Source: Treponema sp. (GTDB lineage Bacteria; Spirochaetota; Spirochaetia; Treponematales; Treponemataceae). Taken from it: DNA of 64,000 nucleotides. The translations under genes were made by a program, and so were the position numbers. The stretch lies in the NCBI GenBank assembly GCA_016292805.1, contig JAEDFM010000004.1:4209-68208 (forward strand), in the 5' to 3' direction. Shown here piece by piece: positions 39,765 through 49,170 of the stretch; the stretch's first letter is position 1; each line of letters begins with the position of its first letter. Under the pieces are notes generated by a model, which saw nothing but the letters and a program-made list of their open reading frames with translations, was not told where the DNA came from and made no database searches.

Positions 39765-41851
39765 TAAATGCTTCTGAGCAATTCAAGAATTGCTGGGCGT
39801 TCTACAGCTTTTTTGATTTCTTTTACAAGATCTTCACCAGTAACAACTTTATTCTGAACAACAGTATTTCCGTTATCATCAGCATTAGGAACTGTATCAA
39901 TTCCGCTTTCCTGAACCATCGGCATTTTTTCAAGAATAAGTTCATCATCAATATTTATACGGTCATAAAAACCGTGATATGTAATTTCTGCTTCTGAAAC
40001 TTCTTCTCCAGGAACAGTTACAACAAGAGTACCAACAACATCATCATCCTTATAAAAAAGTCCTGTACCAGAATCTGCAGTTCTTACACAGCCCTTTTTA
40101 ATAATTTTGAATTCTGCACCCTTAATAATATTTTCTGATTTACCAAGATCAATCAAAACTGTTTTACCATTTCTATCCAGAATTTTTCCGCGAACAGTGA
40201 GCTTATCTAATACAGCATTTCTAAAACGGCGGAGAACTGTTGAATAACGATTATTACCAGTAGAATAGAAAGAACTTTTAAAAGTTTCCGTTCCTGTACG
40301 ACCAGAGTACATAGTTGCACTTAAAGTCATATCTTCAGCACCTTCGCTTAAGCTTACCATAATAAAGTAATCAAACTTATTTGAACGGGCATTACGGAAA
40401 GCTTCTCCATAACCACTTACAGGAGTAACCTGAGTTTTTACAGATGTAATTGCAACACCACTAAAAATATCAGCACAAGCCTGAGCTGTAAGGCGGTCAG
40501 AACCAGCATGACGCAAAGAGGAACCATTTTCTGTATAGAAAATAGCAATGTTCCATCGAGTTTTATCTAAATAGAAAGGATCTACATTCCATTTTTTTGC
40601 AAGAGTTTTTTCAAGAAGACTGTTATAGGCTTCGATTGTGTCTGAAACAGCAACTGGAAGTTTTTCATTAGAATGATCTTTTATAAACAAAAGCTGTCTA
40701 AGATAAAGCTCGTGCATTCCGTTCATTTGAAGTGTATCTGCGTATTTAAGGCGAGCCTGAATATTCATTGGATCCAGAATCAAGGCTCTCTGATATTCAT
40801 AGGAACTGCCAGATTTATCGTAACGGCTTTCATACTGAGCCGCATTTGCAACATGATATTTTGCCCAGGCTCCACGGCGATTATCTTCCAGAGAAAGTAT
40901 ATTGCGAATAGAAAACTCCATCTGGGTACGCATCAATTCATCCTGAGGATTGATGCCTAAACCTGTAGACCAGATTGAAATAGCTTCTTCTTCATCACCA
41001 AGCTTATCAGTAGCAACACCTTTTAAATACCAGGCAGAAGAATTTTTTCTATCACGACTGATAAGGAAATCACAAAGATCAATTACTTCGCTGTAGCGAT
41101 GCTGGAAATATAAAATTGTAGAAAGCAATTCGTAAGCTTTGTCGAAATCACCATTTAATTCTACAGCAATGCGGGCCTGTTTTTCGGCAGTTGAATAATC
41201 ACCTTTCATTAAATAAATAACACTTGAAAGATAATGAACCTCGCTGTCACCAGAATAATACTGCAGTGCCTGGCGAAGATATTTTTCTGCCTGAGGATAA
41301 CGGCCAGTTTCTGCGCAAACAAGAGCAAGAGAAAGCAAAGCTTTTCTGTTTGTATTCTGTCGTTTTAAAGCTTCTGTATATTGAGCTTCGGCACCAGAAA
41401 ACTTACCGTCATATAATTCAATTTCTGCAAGTCCAAAATGAGCATCAACATCATTTGGATATTTTCTAAGAATTTCATTAAAAACCTGTCTTGCATCTTC
41501 TGTTTTTCCTAAAGCAAGATAAATCATTCCTTTAAGATTCTGAATAGAACTGTTATTTTTTTCGTATTTTTCTGCACTGGTAAGATAAGTTAATGCAAGA
41601 TCATATTCACCAATACGGTATGAGCAGTCTGCTAAACGGAACCAGGCATCAGAATAAGCCGGATTCATATCTACAACTTCAATAAAACACTGTGCAGCCT
41701 GATAGTAGTTTTCATTATTCTGAAGCTGTACACCTTCTTCATAAATCTGCACCGCTGTTTTTTCAGCACCAAACAATGGCATTACAAGGCTTAAAGCAAA
41801 AAACAAACCACCTGTAAGAAAAGCCTTTCTATTCAGATTCTTTTTCAACAT
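39761..41851 (-). CDS. Exported tetratricopeptide repeat protein
   Basis: Signal peptide and multiple TPR units (NPAYSDAWFRLA, YPNDVDAHFGLA). Confidence 0.85.
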   Translation of the reverse strand: MLKKNLNRKAFLTGGLFFALSLVMPLFGAEKTAVQIYEEGVQLQNNENYYQAAQCFIEVVDMNPAYSDAWFRLADCSYRIGEYDLALTYLTSAEKYEKNNSSIQNLKGMIYLALGKTEDARQVFNEILRKYPNDVDAHFGLAEIELYDGKFSGAEAQYTEALKRQNTNRKALLSLALVCAETGRYPQAEKYLRQALQYYSGDSEVHYLSSVIYLMKGDYSTAEKQARIAVELNGDFDKAYELLSTILYFQHRYSEVIDLCDFLISRDRKNSSAWYLKGVATDKLGDEEEAISIWSTGLGINPQDELMRTQMEFSIRNILSLEDNRRGAWAKYHVANAAQYESRYDKSGSSYEYQRALILDPMNIQARLKYADTLQMNGMHELYLRQLLFIKDHSNEKLPVAVSDTIEAYNSLLEKTLAKKWNVDPFYLDKTRWNIAIFYTENGSSLRHAGSDRLTAQACADIFSGVAITSVKTQVTPVSGYGEAFRNARSNKFDYFIMVSLSEGAEDMTLSATMYSGRTGTETFKSSFYSTGNNRYSTVLRRFRNAVLDKLTVRGKILDRNGKTVLIDLGKSENIIKGAEFKIIKKGCVRTADSGTGLFYKDDDVVGTLVVTVPGEEVSEAEITYHGFYDRINIDDELILEKMPMVQESGIDTVPNADDNGNTVVQNKVVTGEDLVKEIKKAVERPAILELLRSIY

Positions 41852-42614
41852 TCTTAATAACCTTTACCTGATTAATTCTATGTCCTTCCATATCCTGGAC
41901 AATAAAATCATATTCATTCCAGGAAGCCTTTTCATATTTTACTGGTACTTTACCAAACAAGTCGAATACAAAACCACCAAGAGAATCAAAATCTTCGTTA
42001 GGGAATTCAGCTTCTAAAGCTTCATTCAAATCGTCCAAGTCTACGCGGGCATCACAAATCCATACATTATTGTTAATTTCAAGAATATCTTCCTGTTCTT
42101 TATCAAATTCGTCCTGAATATCACCAACGATTTCTTCAATAATATCTTCCATTGTTACAATACCGCTTACTCCGCCGTATTCATCAATAGCAATGGCAAT
42201 GTGAAGATGTCTTCTTTTGAACTCTCTAAGGAGAGAGTCTATTCTTTTACTTTCAGGAACAAAGAAAGCTTTACGGATTATTTTCTGTAAATCAATTTCC
42301 TGATGGTTAGCTATGCATTTAATGATGTCTTTTACATAAAGAACACCAATTACATTATCTATAGAATCTGTATAAATTGGAAATCTGGAATGACCGCTTT
42401 CTGCAATCTTTTTTACCAGGTCTTCCTTAGAAATATTTGCAGCAATAAAGTCTACATCAATACGAGGAACCATAACTTCTTTAACAGAAGTTTCAGAAAG
42501 CTCTTCTACTCCCTGAATCATGTCCTGTTTTTCTTCTGCCAGAATCTGCTTCTGGCGTTCACTCATTGCTTCGCCGTTATGATTTTCTTTTTTCTTTCGT
42601 CCAAATAGGCTCAT
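41829..42614 (-). CDS. CorC/HlyC (TlyC-like) CBS-domain protein
   Basis: EVMVPRID, GHSRFPIY, DEYGGVSGIVTMEDIIEEIVGDIQDEFD. Confidence 0.9.
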   Translation of the reverse strand: MSLFGRKKKENHNGEAMSERQKQILAEEKQDMIQGVEELSETSVKEVMVPRIDVDFIAANISKEDLVKKIAESGHSRFPIYTDSIDNVIGVLYVKDIIKCIANHQEIDLQKIIRKAFFVPESKRIDSLLREFKRRHLHIAIAIDEYGGVSGIVTMEDIIEEIVGDIQDEFDKEQEDILEINNNVWICDARVDLDDLNEALEAEFPNEDFDSLGGFVFDLFGKVPVKYEKASWNEYDFIVQDMEGHRINQVKVIKNVEKESE

Positions 42615-43087
42615 TTTATAATTGTTTCATCCTTAAGTTTTTTTAATAAATTTTCTTGAATTACAAGCATTTCACATTCAGGAGCTTTATCTGCCTCAAT
42701 GTGTTCTTCTCCGTGATCATATCCATTTAAATGTAATAAACCATGAACAAGAAGTCTTTTTAATTCACTATCTTTATTTTCGTCAAAATATTCAGCATTT
42801 ACAGGCAAAGTATCAAGGCTGATTACAATATCACCGGCACAAAACCATTTGCCTTCTTCATCTTCGTATTCTTCACCGTTTTCAAAAGATAAAACATCTG
42901 TAGAACTGTCAATGTTACGATATGCTTTATTTAATTCCTGAATATATGGATCATTACAGAAAAGAAGAGAAACTTCCTCTCCGTCAAACTGAAGTTCTTC
43001 CATTACTTTTAAAACAAATGGTTCTACATTTGAAAGCCAGGAAGGTTCTTCTACTCCATCATATAAACTGATTCCAATTCTATTCAT
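42611..43087 (-). CDS. ybeY: rRNA maturation RNase YbeY
   Basis: TDVLSF, GDIVIS, HGLLHLNGYDH. Confidence 0.95.
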   Translation of the reverse strand: MNRIGISLYDGVEEPSWLSNVEPFVLKVMEELQFDGEEVSLLFCNDPYIQELNKAYRNIDSSTDVLSFENGEEYEDEEGKWFCAGDIVISLDTLPVNAEYFDENKDSELKRLLVHGLLHLNGYDHGEEHIEADKAPECEMLVIQENLLKKLKDETIIK

Positions 43088-43094
43088 ACAAATC

Positions 43095-44855
43095 CTATTT
43101 GTCCTTTTTAGTTTTCTTATCGTCTTTTATGTCTTTTGAATCTTTTGGTTCTTTAGCTTCACCTTTTGGTTCAGGTTTAGCTTCCTGTTTTTCAGCTTCA
43201 GGATCCTGCTGATTCTGATACTTAATTCGGTTGTGATACTGACCTGTCAGAATGTGAACAAAAGATTCTTTAATTTTAGAAACATCACGGAATGTAAGAT
43301 CACAATTATCCAGCTGTTTCTGTTCAACTTTTGCATTTATTAAAGTTGTAATAAATTTATCAAGGCGAGGCGCTGTAGGATTTTCCAGTGTTCGGCAGGC
43401 AGCTTCAACTGTATCGGCAAGCATTACAACTGCAGATTCCTTTGTAGAAGGAGGATATCCAGGATAAGAGAAATCTTCTGGATTAAGAGTATTATCCTGT
43501 TCTTTTCCTGCATTATAAAAATATGTAATTACACTATTTCCATGATGTTCTGAAATAATATCAATAACAGCCTGAGGAAGATGCATCTGATGACCTTTTT
43601 CAACACCTTTTTTTACATGGCTCTTAATTACAGATGCAGAAAGTGTTGGATTTAATTCAATAAGTTTATTTTCACCATTTGCCTGATTTTCTACAAAGTA
43701 TTCACTCTGATCAATTTTTCCCATATCGTGGAAGTATGCACCAACTTTTGCAAGCAATGCATTAGCACGAATTTCGCGGCAGGCATTTTCAGCTAAAAGT
43801 GCAACATTCATAGAATGATAGTAAGTACCATTTGCCAGAATCTGCATCTGTTTAAGAACAGGGTTATCTGTATTACTTAAATCCATTAAACGGAAAACTG
43901 AAGCAGTATTAAGCATTGCTTCAAGAGGTGTAAGGAATCCAAGAGTTAATACACCTGTAAGGAATCCATTTGCAACAAGTCCAAGACTGATAATAATAAT
44001 GTTATTAAACTTTTCGTTGAAAATAACCATCATTACAATCATGAATACAACATCTATTACAGCAATTAAAATTCCAGCCCAAACAAGCTGTAATCGTTTA
44101 TCAATTTTACGAACAATTGCTGCAGAGGAAAGACTTGTAGCTAAAGTGTAAAGGAAGGTTGGTAACTGCCAGTTTCCAGCAATCAAAACACCTAATGAAA
44201 GAATAAAACTGAATAAAACAGCTGAAAGATTTCCATAAAGAATAGTAATCAGTACTACACAGAAGGTAGCTGGAATGACCATACAGATTGAATAAGCTGA
44301 GCTAAAGAAAGAGACTTTAGAACAGAAGGCAATTACAGCAAACACTACAGCAAAGAATACTACCTGCAGCAAAGGTTCTCTGAAATTAATTTTTCTGTGA
44401 AAGTTAATAATTGAGTACAAAAGATACCAGAAAATTGAAAGAATTATTATGGCAAGCTCTCCGTTAGCAAATGAACGGTAATCAATGTATTTAGGAGAAG
44501 CTGACATCTTCTTTAACTTTGCATAGTTCTCTTCTGTAATTGGGAAACCATTTTTTATGATTTTTTCCCCTTTCTGTATCATTACAGGATCTGTACTATC
44601 AGGATAAAGAGTTCTATCTGCAATAATAGTTCTGTCTGAAATTTGACCAATTTCGTAGTTATCCAGATTGAACCCTGCAACAGTTTCTACAGTACTGACC
44701 TTTGCAAAATAAATAAGAGAAACCATAAGAATTTCCAATAAAAGTACCAGCAAAAATGGATATCTTTTTTTTATGTAACTGCCCATTTCTGCAAATACTT
44801 TATTAGAAGCTCTTTCTATTTTTACATCAGTTTTTTTCTTGTTTTTCTTCGTCAT
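43095..44855 (-). CDS. 7TM-HDIG phosphohydrolase (PgpH-like cyclic-dinucleotide phosphodiesterase family)
   Basis: Multiple TM segments, GTYYHS, YFHDMGK, EHHG, MLADTVEAA. Confidence 0.85.
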   Translation of the reverse strand: MTKKNKKKTDVKIERASNKVFAEMGSYIKKRYPFLLVLLLEILMVSLIYFAKVSTVETVAGFNLDNYEIGQISDRTIIADRTLYPDSTDPVMIQKGEKIIKNGFPITEENYAKLKKMSASPKYIDYRSFANGELAIIILSIFWYLLYSIINFHRKINFREPLLQVVFFAVVFAVIAFCSKVSFFSSAYSICMVIPATFCVVLITILYGNLSAVLFSFILSLGVLIAGNWQLPTFLYTLATSLSSAAIVRKIDKRLQLVWAGILIAVIDVVFMIVMMVIFNEKFNNIIIISLGLVANGFLTGVLTLGFLTPLEAMLNTASVFRLMDLSNTDNPVLKQMQILANGTYYHSMNVALLAENACREIRANALLAKVGAYFHDMGKIDQSEYFVENQANGENKLIELNPTLSASVIKSHVKKGVEKGHQMHLPQAVIDIISEHHGNSVITYFYNAGKEQDNTLNPEDFSYPGYPPSTKESAVVMLADTVEAACRTLENPTAPRLDKFITTLINAKVEQKQLDNCDLTFRDVSKIKESFVHILTGQYHNRIKYQNQQDPEAEKQEAKPEPKGEAKEPKDSKDIKDDKKTKKDK

Positions 44856-45777
44856 TTTCGTACGCCTTTACAATCTTTTTTACAAGATGATTTCTGACAA
44901 CATCTTCTGCTGTCAGTTCCATAAATCCAATATCTTCTATTTTGTATAAAATTCCAATTGAATGCATCAATCCAGAATTCACTTTTTTAGGAAGGTCAAT
45001 TTGGGTTGGATCCCCTGTTACAAAAACCTTTGAATTGTCCCCCATACGAGTAAGGAACATTTTTAGCTGTGCATAAGTTGTATTCTGTGCTTCATCTAAA
45101 ATTACGACAGCATTATTCAAGGTTCTACCACGCATATAAGCTAAAGGTGCAACTTCAACAATACCTGCTTCAAAAAGCCTCTTTACAGATTCTACTGGAA
45201 GAATAGATTCCATTGCATCCCGCAAGGGTCGCAGATATGGATCAATTTTTTGTTCCAGATCTCCAGGTAAAAATCCAAGACTCTCCCCTGCTTCTACTAC
45301 AGGACGGGTAATAATCATTTTATTTTTTTTGTGAGTCAAAATTAATCGGAGTGCTTCTGCTACTGCAAGAAAAGTTTTTCCTGAACCAGCACTACCAGTA
45401 CAGAAAACCATATCTTTAGTCTGCAAAAGTTCAATATAATCAGCCTGATTCTGTGTTCTGGCGTAAACCCGTCTAACAGCACCAGGAACCTGAATACAGA
45501 TTTCTTCCATATTTGCCCGATGGCGGGTATTTAATACAGAAAGAACAATATCTTCACCATTTTTTTCGCCGGACTGAATTTCGTCTACAATACGATCTAC
45601 AATGAACTGAAACTTCTGCTGAAGCTCCTGATTATCTACTGTAATGGAAAGTTCATTTCCACGAGTAAAAACTGGAACCCCCAGATGTTCTTCAATGAGT
45701 TTAAGATTTTTATCATTTGTTCCACACACACAGGAAAGCACTTCATTATCTGGAACAACTATCGTATATTCGCTCAA
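44827..45777 (-). CDS. phoH: PhoH family ATPase
   Basis: GSAGSGKT, TRPVVEAGESLGFLPG, LAYMRGRT, LDEAQN; TTG start with GAGG. Confidence 0.92.
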   Translation of the reverse strand: MSEYTIVVPDNEVLSCVCGTNDKNLKLIEEHLGVPVFTRGNELSITVDNQELQQKFQFIVDRIVDEIQSGEKNGEDIVLSVLNTRHRANMEEICIQVPGAVRRVYARTQNQADYIELLQTKDMVFCTGSAGSGKTFLAVAEALRLILTHKKNKMIITRPVVEAGESLGFLPGDLEQKIDPYLRPLRDAMESILPVESVKRLFEAGIVEVAPLAYMRGRTLNNAVVILDEAQNTTYAQLKMFLTRMGDNSKVFVTGDPTQIDLPKKVNSGLMHSIGILYKIEDIGFMELTAEDVVRNHLVKKIVKAYENDEEKQEKN

Positions 45778-45823
45778 ATAATCCTCTTTAATTAATTATC
45801 TTTATTAATTCTCTATATGTCAA

Positions 45824-48800
45824 TTAATCTGCATTAAGCTTCCAGATCATTTCTGGAGAGTTAGTTGTCTTAGCTTCACGCACAATTGTAGTCTTCATGC
45901 TTTCCATTGGATTCCATACAATTCCAATTGAAAGATAAGGACTAAAGTCATAATATTTTTTAGCCCCATCCACAACCATGCGAGGTTCAACTTTCATAGT
46001 AAGATTAAAGCTCCAGTCGTGCAAATCGTGGCTCATTGTCATATTTAAAGATTTAAGTTTAAAGCCTGAAGCTTCCCGTTTACTTCTATCGCCAAAAGCA
46101 AAAGAATTTAACAAATCCTTAAAAATATTTTCTTCACCAGGAACAAGACCTTCATGTCCAAAAGCTTTTTGAACATATCTGTATAAAACAGCATTTTTTG
46201 ATGTTGAACTGAAAGTAAGATTAAAGAACTGATTAATCTTAAATGTTACTGATGGTGTAATTGTAAAATAACTGTTTGTTGGACGAATTAAATCTGCTGT
46301 AAGACTTGTAGAAAGCCCAGGCGCAAAAGTAATTCTGTTGAACCAGGTATAATAGGTTTTAGCTGGTAAAGAATAAGCAAAGCTCATAGAATAAGGTCTG
46401 AATTTTTTTTCATCATTCAAAACCCATCCTGAATCTTCACCTTCAAATTTTGAACCATTTGTATATGAATATACATAAGAAAATGTAAAATTATACCAGC
46501 TGAAGCCTAACTTTAAACTGTCAGAATATTTTTTCTCTAGATTATAGTTGTAGCTTTCTGAGAATTTAAGGCTGGAACCAAGAACTGTTTTTGTAAAACT
46601 GAAACTCTGCTGTAAAGGGTTTTTTGTCCAGTCTTTAAAATCTGCATCTTTTACAGGCTCCTTAAAACCAGAGGACAATGTAAAGGATGTATATGGGAAT
46701 GTAAGATTCAATGTTGCTGTGTACTGTCTTAATAATGGAGGAAGAATAGAACTGAATACAATACTCTGTTTTAATTTGTTATCAAGTTCATTCATTGCCA
46801 GAGTCATATTTACAGTGTTAACAGTTATACATTCTTTATCTTCAAAATCAATAAACTTATTTTCCCATTCAGGATTATCTGCATCGCCAATAAATTTATG
46901 CTGATAAACTCTAATAGTAGAATTCCAGGATAAACCAGTATCCTTAAACATATCTGTATAAACAAATGGTTTATAGCTTACAGAATTTGTATTCGTTACG
47001 GTCTGACTTTCCGCCTTGTAATCTGAAAGCATAACTGATTTTTTTTCAGATTCTGTATAGCCAATTGTATTTGGATGACGCTGCCAGATTGGACTGTAAC
47101 TCAAACCGTTATTCATAGTAAAATAGTTGCCGTAAAAATTCATATTACTGTTAATATTTACAGGCATTTTTACAGTATACATTGTTGATTTAATATCTTT
47201 CCAATCAAAGTCCCCTGCATAATTTACTTTTGAAGCATCGTAAGTTACCTGAGAACTTAAATTAGAATTCAAAGAATAATCCAGTTTATAAGAAAAAGGA
47301 GTAATATTTGAAATTGAAGAATTAGATGTATCTAAGGCTATAAACGATGGAAGGAAAGGTTCTTCAGCTGCATTTTCATTGTTATTCTTTAAGTCTTCTG
47401 CCGCAGCAATTTTATCTTCACCATTTTCGCTTTTTTCAGTCTGGGCAGCCTTTTGGCGTTCAGCTTCTTCTGCATCAAGTTCTTTTTGAGTTTTAAACTG
47501 GTCTGGTTTGTTAAGGTCGAATATATATGAAGCTTTTGTACTTGAACTTGAAGAATTTGATTTTGGATACTGTACAATTGTTCCACTCATAGAAAAACTT
47601 GCAGACAAAGGTGTTACGCTGGAAGGATAGTAAAATTTTCTAAGTGGAGTTGAACTGGTCCATCCGATTGGTTTGCCTTCAACCAGTTTTGGAGTCTTAG
47701 AAAAATCTGCACTTTTTGAAGCAAAGTCAAATGATGAATTAAAAGATATAGATGCAGAATTAATATAAGGCTTTAACACCGCTGGAATTGCTGGTGAATA
47801 AGAACCGTTTAATTTCCAGGCAAAAGAAGTTACTTCGTTAATTGAAACTGTTTCTGAGTCCTGCTGATTAATGAAATATGAAATCCAGTCCATTGTTTCG
47901 CTGCGATTCTGTAAATAATCATAAGAGAAAAATGGATCTGAATATACAGGCAAAGAAATATTTAATTTAAAAGGTTTTGTTAATGCCATTTCGTAGTTCA
48001 TTCCATAACGGAAAGGCATTCTTAAGCCCATAAAGTATGATTCGTCTTTTGTAATTTGTCCATTATACGGATTATAACCAGTATATTTTCCACTATTATA
48101 ATAGATGGTATTACTCATTCCAAGGTAAGTATTAAATTTAATACTGGAAATAAAATTGTTTTTTGGAGTAAAGGAACCATCCACACCAACCATATATCCT
48201 AATCTGGAGTACCAGTCAGCCATAAACTTAAGATACTTTGAAGTATCGCCAGTATAATCCTGATCCAGATTATGAAGTACAAGACCTTCCAGCTTCTGTT
48301 CCTTTAATGAACTTGGCTTCATAAAATTATACAAAGCCTTTAAGGAATCAGAGCCATCGGAACTGCTGCTAGAGCCAGTTGATGAAGAAGATGAAGATTC
48401 TAAAGGTTTACGGCCAATTAAATAAGTTGTTGTCTGAATTGCGTATCCTTCTCTGTTTCTTGTAGAAAAAACAGGATTAAATACCAGCTCATCCTTTGGA
48501 TAATAAAATGCAGGAAAGTAAAAAACAGGAACAACGCCTACATAAAGCAAAGCATTAAAAAATGCAAACTCGCCGCCTGGTAAAAGCCAGGTTCTGGAAG
48601 CATTAATCTTCCAGTGGGGATTTTCATCATCACAGAAAGTAAGGCTGGAATTCTTAAAAGCAATTGTATTATTTAAACTCTTTCCCATTAAATCGGAAAA
48701 TACAATAAGTGTGGAACCGGAAGGAAGATTGATTGCATCTGACTGAGTCTGAATAACTCTACCATCATCAAAAACACCCTCCAGAGTTGAAGTATTTAAC

Positions 48801-49162
48801 AGCAGAGATTTTGCAGTTGTAGTTTCTCCACCAGAACCAGAAGATTTTGTTGTAATTTCAACATTACCTTCCGCAAAAAGAATTTCTGTTACTCTATCAT
48901 AAGTAATACGATCAGCTTTAATTTCTGATGTAGAGCTGCCATTCTGAACAGAAAGCTGAACCGACCCTTCCAGAATAATCAAATCATTTCCAGTTTCTTC
49001 ATCCTTCTGATTAGATGTCTGGCGGGCATTATTAATATTGATTGTAGTTGTAACAGACTCTGCAATAATAAATGCAGAACATAAAGTAAAAAGAAAAACT
49101 GCGGTAATCAATTTTTTCAAAGAGAACCTTATACTGTTTGATAAAATAGTTAAACTTTTCAC
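45824..49162 (-). CDS. lptD: LptD-like outer-membrane protein (beta-jellyroll N-terminus, large beta-barrel)
   Basis: Signal peptide; IKADRITYD..LFAEGNV, T.CD..NPHW, VPVFYFP.FYYP; amphipathic C-terminal strands; directly after uvrA. Confidence 0.75.
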   Translation of the reverse strand: MKSLTILSNSIRFSLKKLITAVFLFTLCSAFIIAESVTTTININNARQTSNQKDEETGNDLIILEGSVQLSVQNGSSTSEIKADRITYDRVTEILFAEGNVEITTKSSGSGGETTTAKSLLLNTSTLEGVFDDGRVIQTQSDAINLPSGSTLIVFSDLMGKSLNNTIAFKNSSLTFCDDENPHWKINASRTWLLPGGEFAFFNALLYVGVVPVFYFPAFYYPKDELVFNPVFSTRNREGYAIQTTTYLIGRKPLESSSSSSTGSSSSSDGSDSLKALYNFMKPSSLKEQKLEGLVLHNLDQDYTGDTSKYLKFMADWYSRLGYMVGVDGSFTPKNNFISSIKFNTYLGMSNTIYYNSGKYTGYNPYNGQITKDESYFMGLRMPFRYGMNYEMALTKPFKLNISLPVYSDPFFSYDYLQNRSETMDWISYFINQQDSETVSINEVTSFAWKLNGSYSPAIPAVLKPYINSASISFNSSFDFASKSADFSKTPKLVEGKPIGWTSSTPLRKFYYPSSVTPLSASFSMSGTIVQYPKSNSSSSSTKASYIFDLNKPDQFKTQKELDAEEAERQKAAQTEKSENGEDKIAAAEDLKNNNENAAEEPFLPSFIALDTSNSSISNITPFSYKLDYSLNSNLSSQVTYDASKVNYAGDFDWKDIKSTMYTVKMPVNINSNMNFYGNYFTMNNGLSYSPIWQRHPNTIGYTESEKKSVMLSDYKAESQTVTNTNSVSYKPFVYTDMFKDTGLSWNSTIRVYQHKFIGDADNPEWENKFIDFEDKECITVNTVNMTLAMNELDNKLKQSIVFSSILPPLLRQYTATLNLTFPYTSFTLSSGFKEPVKDADFKDWTKNPLQQSFSFTKTVLGSSLKFSESYNYNLEKKYSDSLKLGFSWYNFTFSYVYSYTNGSKFEGEDSGWVLNDEKKFRPYSMSFAYSLPAKTYYTWFNRITFAPGLSTSLTADLIRPTNSYFTITPSVTFKINQFFNLTFSSTSKNAVLYRYVQKAFGHEGLVPGEENIFKDLLNSFAFGDRSKREASGFKLKSLNMTMSHDLHDWSFNLTMKVEPRMVVDGAKKYYDFSPYLSIGIVWNPMESMKTTIVREAKTTNSPEMIWKLNAD

Positions 49163-49170
49163 TTCTTTTC

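Noticed and set aside
41829..42614. Hemolysin virulence factor
   Set aside because: CBS-CorC architecture in the usual ybeY operon context; no evidence of a toxin
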